The notes under the pieces: generated by a model
Told to the model about the DNA's origin: nothing
What the model saw: the letters and a program-made list of their open reading frames with translations, nothing else
The model's database searches: none
Assembly (NCBI GenBank): GCA_019057385.1
Contig: JAHQJS010000004.1
Span: forward strand, 676,962 to 740,961
DNA: 64,000 nucleotides
Direction of reading: 5' to 3'
Source: Candidatus Borrarchaeum weybense
GTDB lineage: Archaea > Asgardarchaeota > Sifarchaeia > Borrarchaeales > Borrarchaeaceae
Made by a program: the position numbers and the translations under genes
Shown here: piece after piece, positions 10,238 through 18,570 of the stretch
Position numbering within the stretch: the stretch's first letter is position 1
How the letters are laid out: each line of letters begins with the position of its first letter

Positions 10238-10969
10238 ATGACAGGGTCAAATGATAGAAATGCTGAAACAAAAACAGGTGCGAAATTAACGAGGAAAGAA
10301 CGTAAAAAAACGTTTCAAAAACAACATGATCTTGATGCGGCAACGGAACTGTTCAAAAAAGCCCCCTATGATGATGTAACGATGGATGATATAGCAGAAC
10401 AAACGCTGTTAAGCAGAGCTACATTGTACAAATATTTTGGTGGTAAAGAAGGCATCTACTTCGAAATCGGTATTCAAGGTTTTAGAATTATTTCCAAAAA
10501 GCAAGAAGCACTAATCAAATCTGAATCTTCTTCAGGACTCGATAAAATCTTAAAATTAAGCGAAACTATCCTTAGATATTTGTTTGAAAATCCATTAAGT
10601 CATGAAATCATGCGCCATTACCTTGTTACGGAAAATAAAGCAGAAATTACCACTGATAAGATCCTGAGGAAAATGAAATTAGGGGAAGATGTGGAGAATC
10701 CTTCTGATAGAATACGAGCAAGGTTTTTACAAGAAATCCGCAAATTCGAGAAACCCTGGGCAATCGCAGTGGAACAGGGTTTCAAAGATGGATCAATCCA
10801 CCAGGATATGAATCCCGATCATTTAGTGCATTTCCTTTTTATGATCATTTCTGGGATTGTTGATCGTGCCAACTTGGAAAGAGTAATGATGCAAAAGGTG
10901 AACTTATCCGTCGAAGACATCATAAAGAGGACTATTGATCTGATCCGGAAAGATTTGGGAAGTGACTGA
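10238..10969 (+). CDS. TetR/AcrR family transcriptional regulator
   Basis: AATELF...YDDVTMDDIAEQTLLSRATLYKYF..KE. Confidence 0.9.
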   Translation: MTGSNDRNAETKTGAKLTRKERKKTFQKQHDLDAATELFKKAPYDDVTMDDIAEQTLLSRATLYKYFGGKEGIYFEIGIQGFRIISKKQEALIKSESSSGLDKILKLSETILRYLFENPLSHEIMRHYLVTENKAEITTDKILRKMKLGEDVENPSDRIRARFLQEIRKFEKPWAIAVEQGFKDGSIHQDMNPDHLVHFLFMIISGIVDRANLERVMMQKVNLSVEDIIKRTIDLIRKDLGSD

Positions 10970-11016
10970 ACTCTTACGAATCATTAATTTGAAATATACA
11001 AAAAATTTGGCAGGAG

Positions 11017-11544
11017 GTGAAAAAAATTAGTTCAAGACATGATAAACACGAACATCTCGTAGGCGAAGAAATGCCTTATTCACATCTGCTGCAATTAAGT
11101 TCTGCAGTAGTGTTTCTACTAGTCTGGTCATTAGATTCTTTTATTTTCAAATTCTCTGTTTGGTTTGCAAATTTTGTGCCATGGGTGTTTCGATTAATTC
11201 TGGCTCTATGTGTGATCATACTTGGAATTATGCTAGCGCGTTCAGCGGAAAAGGCGTTATTTCAAGAAGAACTTGAGTCACCTAAAGTGGATGTAATTGA
11301 TACAGGGATACTTGGTCATGTGAGGCATCCTTTATACCTTGGAGTGCTATTAGTCTATATTGGATTCATTCTGGGAACATTTTCGTTGATTTCAGTTGCA
11401 GTTTTCGTATTAGTTGCATTAATTCATAATAAATTGGCAAATTATGAAGAACAGGATCTTGAGCGGATATTCGGTGAAGAGTATTTAGAATATAAGAGCA
11501 GGGTGCCAAAATGGATTCCACGCTTATCATCGGCCACTATCTGA
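11017..11544 (+). CDS. Isoprenylcysteine carboxyl methyltransferase/PEMT family membrane methyltransferase
   Basis: GI.GHVRHPLYLG, EE..L...FGEEYLEYK.RVPKWIP. Confidence 0.88.
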   Translation: MKKISSRHDKHEHLVGEEMPYSHLLQLSSAVVFLLVWSLDSFIFKFSVWFANFVPWVFRLILALCVIILGIMLARSAEKALFQEELESPKVDVIDTGILGHVRHPLYLGVLLVYIGFILGTFSLISVAVFVLVALIHNKLANYEEQDLERIFGEEYLEYKSRVPKWIPRLSSATI

Positions 11545-11567
11545 TCCTAAACTGTGAAGAAACAGTA

Positions 11568-12203
11568 TTAATCCTTTTTAACCTTTTTTTGACAGTATTT
11601 TACAATCTCCTGTGCACTCTTCCCTACTAACTGCTGTTCATCAGCCTTTATCGGATTATAAAGAAGGTTTAGACCCTTGAGGTTAGTGAGGTGCTCCAAT
11701 CCCTTAAGCTCTTTTATCCGGTTTGACCAAAAGGAGAGTTCTCTGAGTTCGGTAAGGTTTTCCAATCCTCTTATCTCTTCTATTTGATTCTCACTAAGAC
11801 CTAGATGTTGGAGGTTAGTGAAGTTCTCCAATCCCTCAAGCTCTTCTATTCGATTATGACAGAGATAGAGTCCTTGGAGGTTAGTGAGGCTCTCCAATCC
11901 CTTGAGGTTTTCTATTTTATTATCCATAAGGTTCAATTTTTTTAGGTTAATGAGAGATCCCAATCCTTTGATCTCTCTTATTCGATTATATTGGAGGTTG
12001 AGTTCTTTGAGATTTTTGAGATTCTCCAACCCTTCAATCTCAGTGATATCTTTAATCCCAATATTGCTAAGATCAAGTGTGCCGTTCTTGACATGATATT
12101 TCCTTCCTTTAACCGTCACAAAATCTGAATCTGGACTCATACACGGCACCACTTTCTTTTGTTGAAAGAGTTTATCCTCCTCTGAATTACGCGTGACTTT
12201 CAT
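11568..12203 (-). CDS. Leucine-rich repeat protein, SDS22-like 22-aa repeats (likely start 12140)
   Basis: About seven LxxLxLxxNxIxEIxGLExLxN repeats; 66-bp periodicity in DNA. Confidence 0.9.
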   Translation of the reverse strand: MKVTRNSEEDKLFQQKKVVPCMSPDSDFVTVKGRKYHVKNGTLDLSNIGIKDITEIEGLENLKNLKELNLQYNRIREIKGLGSLINLKKLNLMDNKIENLKGLESLTNLQGLYLCHNRIEELEGLENFTNLQHLGLSENQIEEIRGLENLTELRELSFWSNRIKELKGLEHLTNLKGLNLLYNPIKADEQQLVGKSAQEIVKYCQKKVKKD

Positions 12204-12263
12204 CTTGCATATTATAAATCTGATCCTAATAAGTTTTTTAAATCCTTAAATATATAGTATTAT

Positions 12264-12672
12264 TGTCTACTTTGCCACATCTGGCAATAGATGACACGAT
12301 CTAGTGTCATATTTGGCAACCAAGTAGAGCAATTCAGCAAGCAATAGAAAATCTAATTGCCACATATGAAATAGGTCACATGATCTATATCACATCTGGC
12401 AAACAGACAACACAAATCTAGTTGCCGTACCTAGCACAGGTAGAACTATTCAGCAGTTAACAAAAGATCTATTTGCCAAATTTGACAAATAGGTCAACAC
12501 GATCTAGTTGTCATATCTGGCAAACCAGAAACACCCAATCTAGTGATTAAAACAGGATTTGTTGTCACATCTGGCATATAGGTGACATAACCTAATTGCC
12601 ATATCTGACAACCAAGTAGAGCAATCCGACAGTTAACAAACAATCTAATTGCCACATTTGGCGAAGTAGACA
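12264..12672. repeat. Array of ten imperfect 16-bp palindromes (consensus ATCTAR-TTGYCAYATYTGRCAA) bounded by 17-bp terminal inverted repeats
   Basis: Cores start at 12272, 12304, 12357, 12387, 12422, 12473, 12508, 12562, 12596, 12649; ends TGTCTACTTTGCCACAT and ATTTGGCGAAGTAGACA match 15/17 as inverted repeats; spacers are themselves repeated. Confidence 0.88.
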
Positions 12673-12703
12673 TCTTAAAATAGAATATAAACGAGGTGAA
12701 AAG

Positions 12704-13936
12704 ATGTCTGCGATGATTCACCAAATTCCTATGCAGATCAAAATCCATGATCAGATTGTGGGAAATGGTGCGCATTATTGGGATACTCCTGCCAAGTGTG
12801 TTAATTTTGCTGCTTCACTGCAGAGGAGTGATATTACAAAAGATTTAATGTATAACGTTAATAAATCCACAGAATATCCTTTTCGTAGAAAGGTAAACAT
12901 AAGAAGAATAGACTTGGAGTACTGCCAAAAAGGTGTAGTAGAAGGACGAACTATCACCTACAAACCAGCACACAGTATAAAATTCATAGACCCTAACACT
13001 ACAAGTAATGAAGGATTCCTAAATGAACTCAGAAATTCTTCTTTTGCTGTTGATATTCCTCTTTGGTTCGCTAAAAAATCTGGTGACCTTGATTTAATGC
13101 CTTTAGGACATGCTTTAAAGAAATGGAATATGCAAATGATCTATCAGTATAAAGGGTGCAATCTTAATTGTCGGTATTGTTACGTTAGTGATATTGACAA
13201 CTCCGCCACAAAAGGGTGTTGTTCTAATATAACTCCGCGAGATATATTCGATTCTTACAGATTTTATAATGAACAGGGAAAAGTACAAGGCATTCGCTGT
13301 AGTGGAGGTGAACCAAGTCTATATTTGGATCACATACACAAAGTTATTAGAGTTTTCAAGGAAGAAAACAAGCCTGTTCTTATCCAACTTGATACCAATG
13401 GTTCAACATTTTCTTATATTGAACACATGCTAAAACATGACCCCAATTGGGATGATGTCATGATTCAAGACCTTGCCGAACACACGATGGTATTTTTTGC
13501 ATTTAAAGGAACCGATGATAAAACAATTCAGGAGATAACAAAATCAAAACTTACTTTAGATGATCAGTTTAATACTCTAAGATTTTACGTATCTAATGAT
13601 TTCGATGTGTACTTAAACCTATATAGTTCCAACCCTGTAACATTACCTTCTTTTATCGGACGGCTTGACGAAGAGTATGGTTCTAACGCTATAAGAAAAT
13701 TGCGTTGCCTTCCGCTAGAACTTTATTCTCCAACAAAACAAAGACTTGAGAGAGACGCTAAACATAAAGACATGTTTTTCAGGCGGCATCCTGAGCAATA
13801 TGCAACAGGTATCGGCATGAAGTGGATGCTAGATTTCCAAGCAAGTGCTAGATACTTGAAAAGAATATGCAGAGAAGAATATGGGTTCAAATACCCTGAA
13901 GTTATGCGCTGTAACTATAAAATAGGGGATAGGTGA
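12704..13936 (+). CDS. Radical SAM protein
   Basis: GCNLNCRYC (CxxxCxxC), IRCSGGEPS, LDTNG; GAGGTG SD. Confidence 0.9.
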   Translation: MSAMIHQIPMQIKIHDQIVGNGAHYWDTPAKCVNFAASLQRSDITKDLMYNVNKSTEYPFRRKVNIRRIDLEYCQKGVVEGRTITYKPAHSIKFIDPNTTSNEGFLNELRNSSFAVDIPLWFAKKSGDLDLMPLGHALKKWNMQMIYQYKGCNLNCRYCYVSDIDNSATKGCCSNITPRDIFDSYRFYNEQGKVQGIRCSGGEPSLYLDHIHKVIRVFKEENKPVLIQLDTNGSTFSYIEHMLKHDPNWDDVMIQDLAEHTMVFFAFKGTDDKTIQEITKSKLTLDDQFNTLRFYVSNDFDVYLNLYSSNPVTLPSFIGRLDEEYGSNAIRKLRCLPLELYSPTKQRLERDAKHKDMFFRRHPEQYATGIGMKWMLDFQASARYLKRICREEYGFKYPEVMRCNYKIGDR

Positions 13937-13942
13937 TCGTAA

Positions 13943-14866
13943 ATGCATGTAGAATCACTTGGTGGTCTAACTGCTCTTCTACCCTCACTCGCAACATTCG
14001 TAATCAAAAAGGGAAAAATTGGAAATAGAGAAGAACTATCAGAGAAGGAACGACGAATTTCTACATTTTTGGATCGATATAATGAAGTTACACCACAAGA
14101 TATTCTTAAGCGCGAAGAACATGCAGAATTCGGAATTAGACACGTCCCTGCCGAGCACATCCAATTCATGGTTGACAATGCGTTTAGTTCCGCAATTGAA
14201 CAGCTGTATAAGAATGAAATAATTGCTTCGGATTCTGAAAATTTCGGATCCAAACTAAAAGAATTTCGGGGAATTGCTCAAAAATTAGAATACTTACGAT
14301 TTTTGCCTCGCTTAGACATGAACGTTCTGAAAGAGGAAGGTCGATTAATTGAATTAAGAGATAAGTCGTTAGATGAACTCACGCAGTTTAAGTTAATGTA
14401 TGAGGGCCCCTTATTCACGTTAGCAAATATACTTGAGTCAGTATCAAATCATACTTGCTGGATGCATCTCTTTAAGCTCATTCCCTATTTGATTCGCAAA
14501 GAAGTTTCTATCAAAGAAATGATTGAAATGACTCATAAGGTAACTGATATGTCGATAGATGCACAACCTATAGTTACTCCCGCTGAGAAACTCAAGTCGA
14601 TCTCCGACACTCTTGAAACGCTTTATCAGGGATTTAAAGAAGAAATATTTGAATCTGATGCTCCTAAGATAAATGTACTCGAATTGATTCAAGAGATCCT
14701 ATCCACGCTTGACAAACAAATGGATAATCCAACAGATTATTTAGAGGTGAACGAAGTCTTGGGGAAAGGGGGCTTCAGGCACTCATCGCGCTTCAAAAAA
14801 CTGAATAGTCCTACATACTTGGTTCAAAACACACAGGCTGCAAAAGGAGTTTTCTTTTCTCAATAG
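13943..14866 (+). CDS. Hypothetical helical protein
   Basis: 307-aa ORF with AGGTGA SD, 6 bp after the radical SAM stop; no motif recognised. Confidence 0.7.
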   Translation: MHVESLGGLTALLPSLATFVIKKGKIGNREELSEKERRISTFLDRYNEVTPQDILKREEHAEFGIRHVPAEHIQFMVDNAFSSAIEQLYKNEIIASDSENFGSKLKEFRGIAQKLEYLRFLPRLDMNVLKEEGRLIELRDKSLDELTQFKLMYEGPLFTLANILESVSNHTCWMHLFKLIPYLIRKEVSIKEMIEMTHKVTDMSIDAQPIVTPAEKLKSISDTLETLYQGFKEEIFESDAPKINVLELIQEILSTLDKQMDNPTDYLEVNEVLGKGGFRHSSRFKKLNSPTYLVQNTQAAKGVFFSQ

Positions 14867-14923
14867 GCTTCTTTTATTCTAAGAATATTGTGGATGTTTG
14901 ATACGAATGGAGGAAAAAATTGA

Positions 14924-15673
14924 ATGAAGGTCGCAATAATTGATGGAACAGATATACGAGGAGTAGGTTTAGCTTTACGCTGGGCAAAAAACAGTGATAT
15001 AAATCTCCTTATCGGATCCAAAGATGAAAATGCTGCAATTAAGGTCGCAGCAGAAATTCGAAAAACTACAGGTGCGTCCCAAGATCGTGTTACTGCCATG
15101 TCAATTATTGACGCTGCAAAAAATGCAAATATAGTTGTTTTAACAGTCCCATTTCGAGAACAAATTTCTACACTCGAAGAAGTAAAAGACTATCTAAAGA
15201 AGAATACCCTACTGATAGATACAACGCTCCCAATAGAAGTGGATGATGACGGTGAACCGGTTTTTGTGCAAGTTGAGGCAGGTTCTTGTGCCCAACAGGC
15301 AAATCAGATAGTGGGAGATAGCGTAAAAGTTGTTTCCGCCTTTAAACCTCTTGGAGCTGAGTGTCTCTCCAATCTGGATGAAGAATTAACATGTGATGTT
15401 ATTGTTTGTAGTGATCATGACGACGCGAGAAAAATTGGAGTACATCTAGTAGAGAAACTCTCATCAACACTAAAGATTACAGAAGGTCCTCTTTCTTTTG
15501 ACCATCTCTCAGAAAAACTGGTTGCCACGCTGATCAACTGGAATAAAAAGTGGGGGCAGTTATGCAACGTCATACGAGTTCCAATGGAAGGCGTTGAAGG
15601 ATCGATGTGTAGTTGTTTGAATCCCTTCCTTAAGTTGTGTCCGAATAGAGGCATAAAATGTCTGTCTATATGA
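14924..15673 (+). CDS. F420-dependent NADP oxidoreductase-like protein with altered Rossmann motif
   Basis: MKVAIIDGT..RG.GLALRW, IGSK, VLTVPF, GSCAQ, VVSAF, CDVIVCSD, GPL match NpdG/Fno; GGTGxxG is replaced by DGTDIRG. Confidence 0.75.
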   Translation: MKVAIIDGTDIRGVGLALRWAKNSDINLLIGSKDENAAIKVAAEIRKTTGASQDRVTAMSIIDAAKNANIVVLTVPFREQISTLEEVKDYLKKNTLLIDTTLPIEVDDDGEPVFVQVEAGSCAQQANQIVGDSVKVVSAFKPLGAECLSNLDEELTCDVIVCSDHDDARKIGVHLVEKLSSTLKITEGPLSFDHLSEKLVATLINWNKKWGQLCNVIRVPMEGVEGSMCSCLNPFLKLCPNRGIKCLSI

Positions 15674-15690
15674 AAAAATAACGATAATTT

Positions 15691-16461
15691 GTGTTTGAGG
15701 CAGAAGATTGTATGAATGATCATTTATCACAATTAGAAGATCGATTTCTGGTCCTTTTATATAAAAACGCAGGTATTTTTCCGCTTTATGAACGAATGGA
15801 CTTTGGCAAGACGGAGCTTTCGCTAGGTAAATTGATTTTCTGGTACGCTGGAAAACTTGAAATCGGAACAAAAACTCTTCTAAGGACATTGAAGAGTCTT
15901 GAAGAAAGAGGAATCATTGAAAGGAAGGACTGTGCAAGAAAACGTTCTTTATTAATGAGATACATCCTCACAAAAAAGGGAAGGGAACTGGCAATTCAAT
16001 TTATGACAAGATTAGAAGCAGCATGCTCCAAAGCGTCAGAATGCTATATCAAAGTATTAACAAAGACAGAGAGCAGTGAAGGTGCAGAACAGCCACTTTT
16101 TGCGATAAAAAAGGGACATATATTAGCAATCGAGAACGTTACAGTAAAGAAAGAATTCACAGGGGGCACAGAGTTCGTTATTACATTTGGAGACACGCTT
16201 GTAGTTACAGTTAGAACGAAACATGCAGCGCATGAGGTTTTCATAAAAGGACTTACTTACGACGCTAAGTCTTTTGAGAAGGCAAAACGATATGCACTTG
16301 TCATTTTACGGCAGAGACGCAATTCCAAAAGAAATCAAATATCTTCTAAATTTGTTCCTCTCACTCCCATCTCAGGGGACTATCTTTCAAGAAAGCTACC
16401 TTTACGGCAAAAAACTAAAAAACTTCTCGAAGAATGGAAGCGACATACGATTCCTTTCTAG
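15691..16461 (+). CDS. Winged-helix DNA-binding domain protein
   Basis: TLLRTLKSLEERGIIER...RYILTKKGRELA (MarR/PadR-type wing). Confidence 0.7.
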   Translation: MFEAEDCMNDHLSQLEDRFLVLLYKNAGIFPLYERMDFGKTELSLGKLIFWYAGKLEIGTKTLLRTLKSLEERGIIERKDCARKRSLLMRYILTKKGRELAIQFMTRLEAACSKASECYIKVLTKTESSEGAEQPLFAIKKGHILAIENVTVKKEFTGGTEFVITFGDTLVVTVRTKHAAHEVFIKGLTYDAKSFEKAKRYALVILRQRRNSKRNQISSKFVPLTPISGDYLSRKLPLRQKTKKLLEEWKRHTIPF

Positions 16462-16513
16462 CGCACATTACTTAAGATGTTGTATTGAAAAAAAGGATAA
16501 ATGACAACATGTT

Positions 16514-17350
16514 CTATTGAGCCCGTGGGTATGAACCTAGGATATACAGGAACGACGTCAGTTCTTTGAGTTCCTCAAGAGCATCACTAAATTTTTTATC
16601 CTCAATGTGTCCTCCAAAATCCAGAAAGAAGATATAGTCACCAAATTTCTTTTTTGAAGGGCGTGATTCGATTTTTGTCAAATCTATATTCCTTTCCGCA
16701 AAGGGACGAAGCGTCTCGAAAAGAACGCCAGGTCTATTGATAATTCCATATACAATAGATGTTTTATCATTGCCTGTTGGTTTCTTTAGTTCTTTGCCCA
16801 CGATAACGAACCGCGTAACGTTGTTTTCCGCATCCTGAATATTTTCGTCTAAAATCTTGAGTTGATATTTTATCGCTGCTCTTTTTGACGTAATAGCCGC
16901 AGCATTTTCGTAGATGCCTCCAGCCACTTTAAGTGCCGCTTCAGTGGTAGAAGCTGCTGCTAATACTTCTGCCATTGGATAGTTTTTGTTGATGTATGAC
17001 TTACATTGTGAGAGTGCCTGTGGATGTGAGATAATGGTCGTTATTCTCTCAGATAGATCTGTAGCTAAAACATGGGCAATGGGAAGTAAGATCTCTCCAA
17101 CTACTTTGATATTTTCGTTAACAAGTGAATCCAATGTAGAAGTAACTGAACCCTGTAAAGAGTTCTCAATGGGGACTACTCCAAATTCGCAAATGTTTTT
17201 TGCAACAGAATTAACTACAGCTTCAATTGTTCTGTAAAACTTGAAATGGGTCTCATCAAAAACCGTTAATGCTGCAGCTTCAGTATAAGTTCCTCTAGGG
17301 CCGAAAACCCCAACTTTTTCATTTTCAGAAAAGACGATACCCCTGCATAT
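16514..17350 (-). CDS. pheA: Prephenate dehydratase with ACT domain; frame is open to about 17350 but lacks a canonical in-frame start
   Basis: Upstream of the annotated TTG (17134) the frame encodes VGVFGPRGTYTEAAA and GVVPIENSLQGSV; downstream SHPQALSQC, NVTRF, DLTKIESRP, LGSYP. Confidence 0.9.
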   Translation of the reverse strand: MCRGIVFSENEKVGVFGPRGTYTEAAALTVFDETHFKFYRTIEAVVNSVAKNICEFGVVPIENSLQGSVTSTLDSLVNENIKVVGEILLPIAHVLATDLSERITTIISHPQALSQCKSYINKNYPMAEVLAAASTTEAALKVAGGIYENAAAITSKRAAIKYQLKILDENIQDAENNVTRFVIVGKELKKPTGNDKTSIVYGIINRPGVLFETLRPFAERNIDLTKIESRPSKKKFGDYIFFLDFGGHIEDKKFSDALEELKELTSFLYILGSYPRAQ

Positions 17351-17417
17351 TCAATCCTCCGTATACAGCAGAAATATCGCATTAGGTTATCCCTTAAATA
17401 GTTTTCTAAGGGGATTA

Positions 17418-18530
17418 TCATTTTCTCTTTTTCTTCTTAAATTCCTTAACGATTTCGATATACTCTTTTACGGGAATGACATTTGGCTTCCGACGAAACC
17501 CTGCAGGTATGGTTGCATCACAACGAGAACAGAGGTTTGAACTTTTCTGCCAATCCTTGAATTCATCAGCATGTGCTGGATATCGACAATGAGGACAAAG
17601 AACAACGCCACGATCCTTATCTTCGGATTTAAAATCTTGAAAGCAAAATATGCATTTGAAATCTTCCAATGTCAGTATCCCTGCTTTCGGTTTGAGTTTT
17701 TCGAATTTTTCACTCATTTTAGGTTTTGTTTTCCGTTTAGTTTTCTTCCTAGTTGGAGTTGTAACTGCTGTTGTTGTTTTCTTGGTAGTTGATCTTTTCT
17801 TCTTGGTGGTTGGTGAGGTACTACGAGTTCTTGTCGTTGTTGAGGTGGTAGTTGTGATGGTAGTTGATCTTCCACCCCTAGGAGTTGTTGACGAACTGCC
17901 TGTCGTGCTACCGGTACTACTACTTTCAGGTATGTCTCTGCGAATAACTGTTGAAATGTCAGGGATTGCAGATTTTCCACCGAATATCCCAAATACGATC
18001 AATAAAAGCAATGAGATAATACCCAGTAGCCAAAACATTAAACCAGAGAAGAATTCCAACGCGAAATAAAATCCAAGGATTGTAATTAAAAAACTTAGAA
18101 GAATGCCAAATTTGCGGGCACTAAATGATTTCTGTCCAATATAAACCACTGCATATCTTTGGAGACAAGAATAAAGTATGAATAAGCCATACATAAGATA
18201 CGGAACTGCAAAAATGAATGTCCACGGACTCAATTGTACTGTTGAAGTCTCCAGAAGATTCCCTCTGAGTAAACCTGTAGAACGTCCCCACAAACTGTAA
18301 AGTATTCCTATAAACAGAGGACCAAAAACAAAGAACGAAGTATTATGCGGTGAGCGAAATTCACGAGCATATTTTACCCTAATTACGAATGCTAAGGTAA
18401 AACATATCCAACATCCAACAGCTAGCCAAGAAACGAACACATCTGTTGAGTTTTCAATTCCCATGCCATGTACAACTGCAGTAATTAGGCTCGCCAGTAA
18501 TATGATGGCATACCATCGCTTTTGTACCAA
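17418..18530 (-). CDS. Polytopic membrane protein with Ser/Thr/Lys-rich linker and C-terminal RING-like zinc finger (putative E3 ligase)
   Basis: About six TM helices; CIFC-x15-CPHC-x4-H..EF..W-x6-CSRC; last gene of Ubl-E1-E2-JAB run. Confidence 0.8.
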   Translation of the reverse strand: MVQKRWYAIILLASLITAVVHGMGIENSTDVFVSWLAVGCWICFTLAFVIRVKYAREFRSPHNTSFFVFGPLFIGILYSLWGRSTGLLRGNLLETSTVQLSPWTFIFAVPYLMYGLFILYSCLQRYAVVYIGQKSFSARKFGILLSFLITILGFYFALEFFSGLMFWLLGIISLLLLIVFGIFGGKSAIPDISTVIRRDIPESSSTGSTTGSSSTTPRGGRSTTITTTTSTTTRTRSTSPTTKKKRSTTKKTTTAVTTPTRKKTKRKTKPKMSEKFEKLKPKAGILTLEDFKCIFCFQDFKSEDKDRGVVLCPHCRYPAHADEFKDWQKSSNLCSRCDATIPAGFRRKPNVIPVKEYIEIVKEFKKKKRK

Positions 18531-18570
18531 TATTCCTTTACCACCATTCTTCTAATGAATTATTTCTTAA

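Noticed and set aside
12264-12672. CRISPR array interpretation of the palindromic repeats
   Set aside because: Repeats are short and degenerate, spacers fall in two length classes and are themselves repeated, and there are no cas genes in the window.
12256-12680. Tn7-like or MITE insertion with target-site duplication
   Set aside because: TGT...ACA ends are present, but the flanks (GTATTAT / TCTTAAA) show no direct repeat and no transposase is nearby; kept only as an alternative hypothesis.
12494-12775. 93-aa minus-strand ORF as a RiPP precursor for the radical SAM enzyme
   Set aside because: It is antisense to and overlaps the radical SAM start, the repeat phase is not kept in frame, and plus-strand frames contain stops.
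12704-13936. Viperin assignment for the radical SAM protein
   Set aside because: Only the generic CxxxCxxC and SGGEP motifs are visible; no viperin-specific motifs were recognised.
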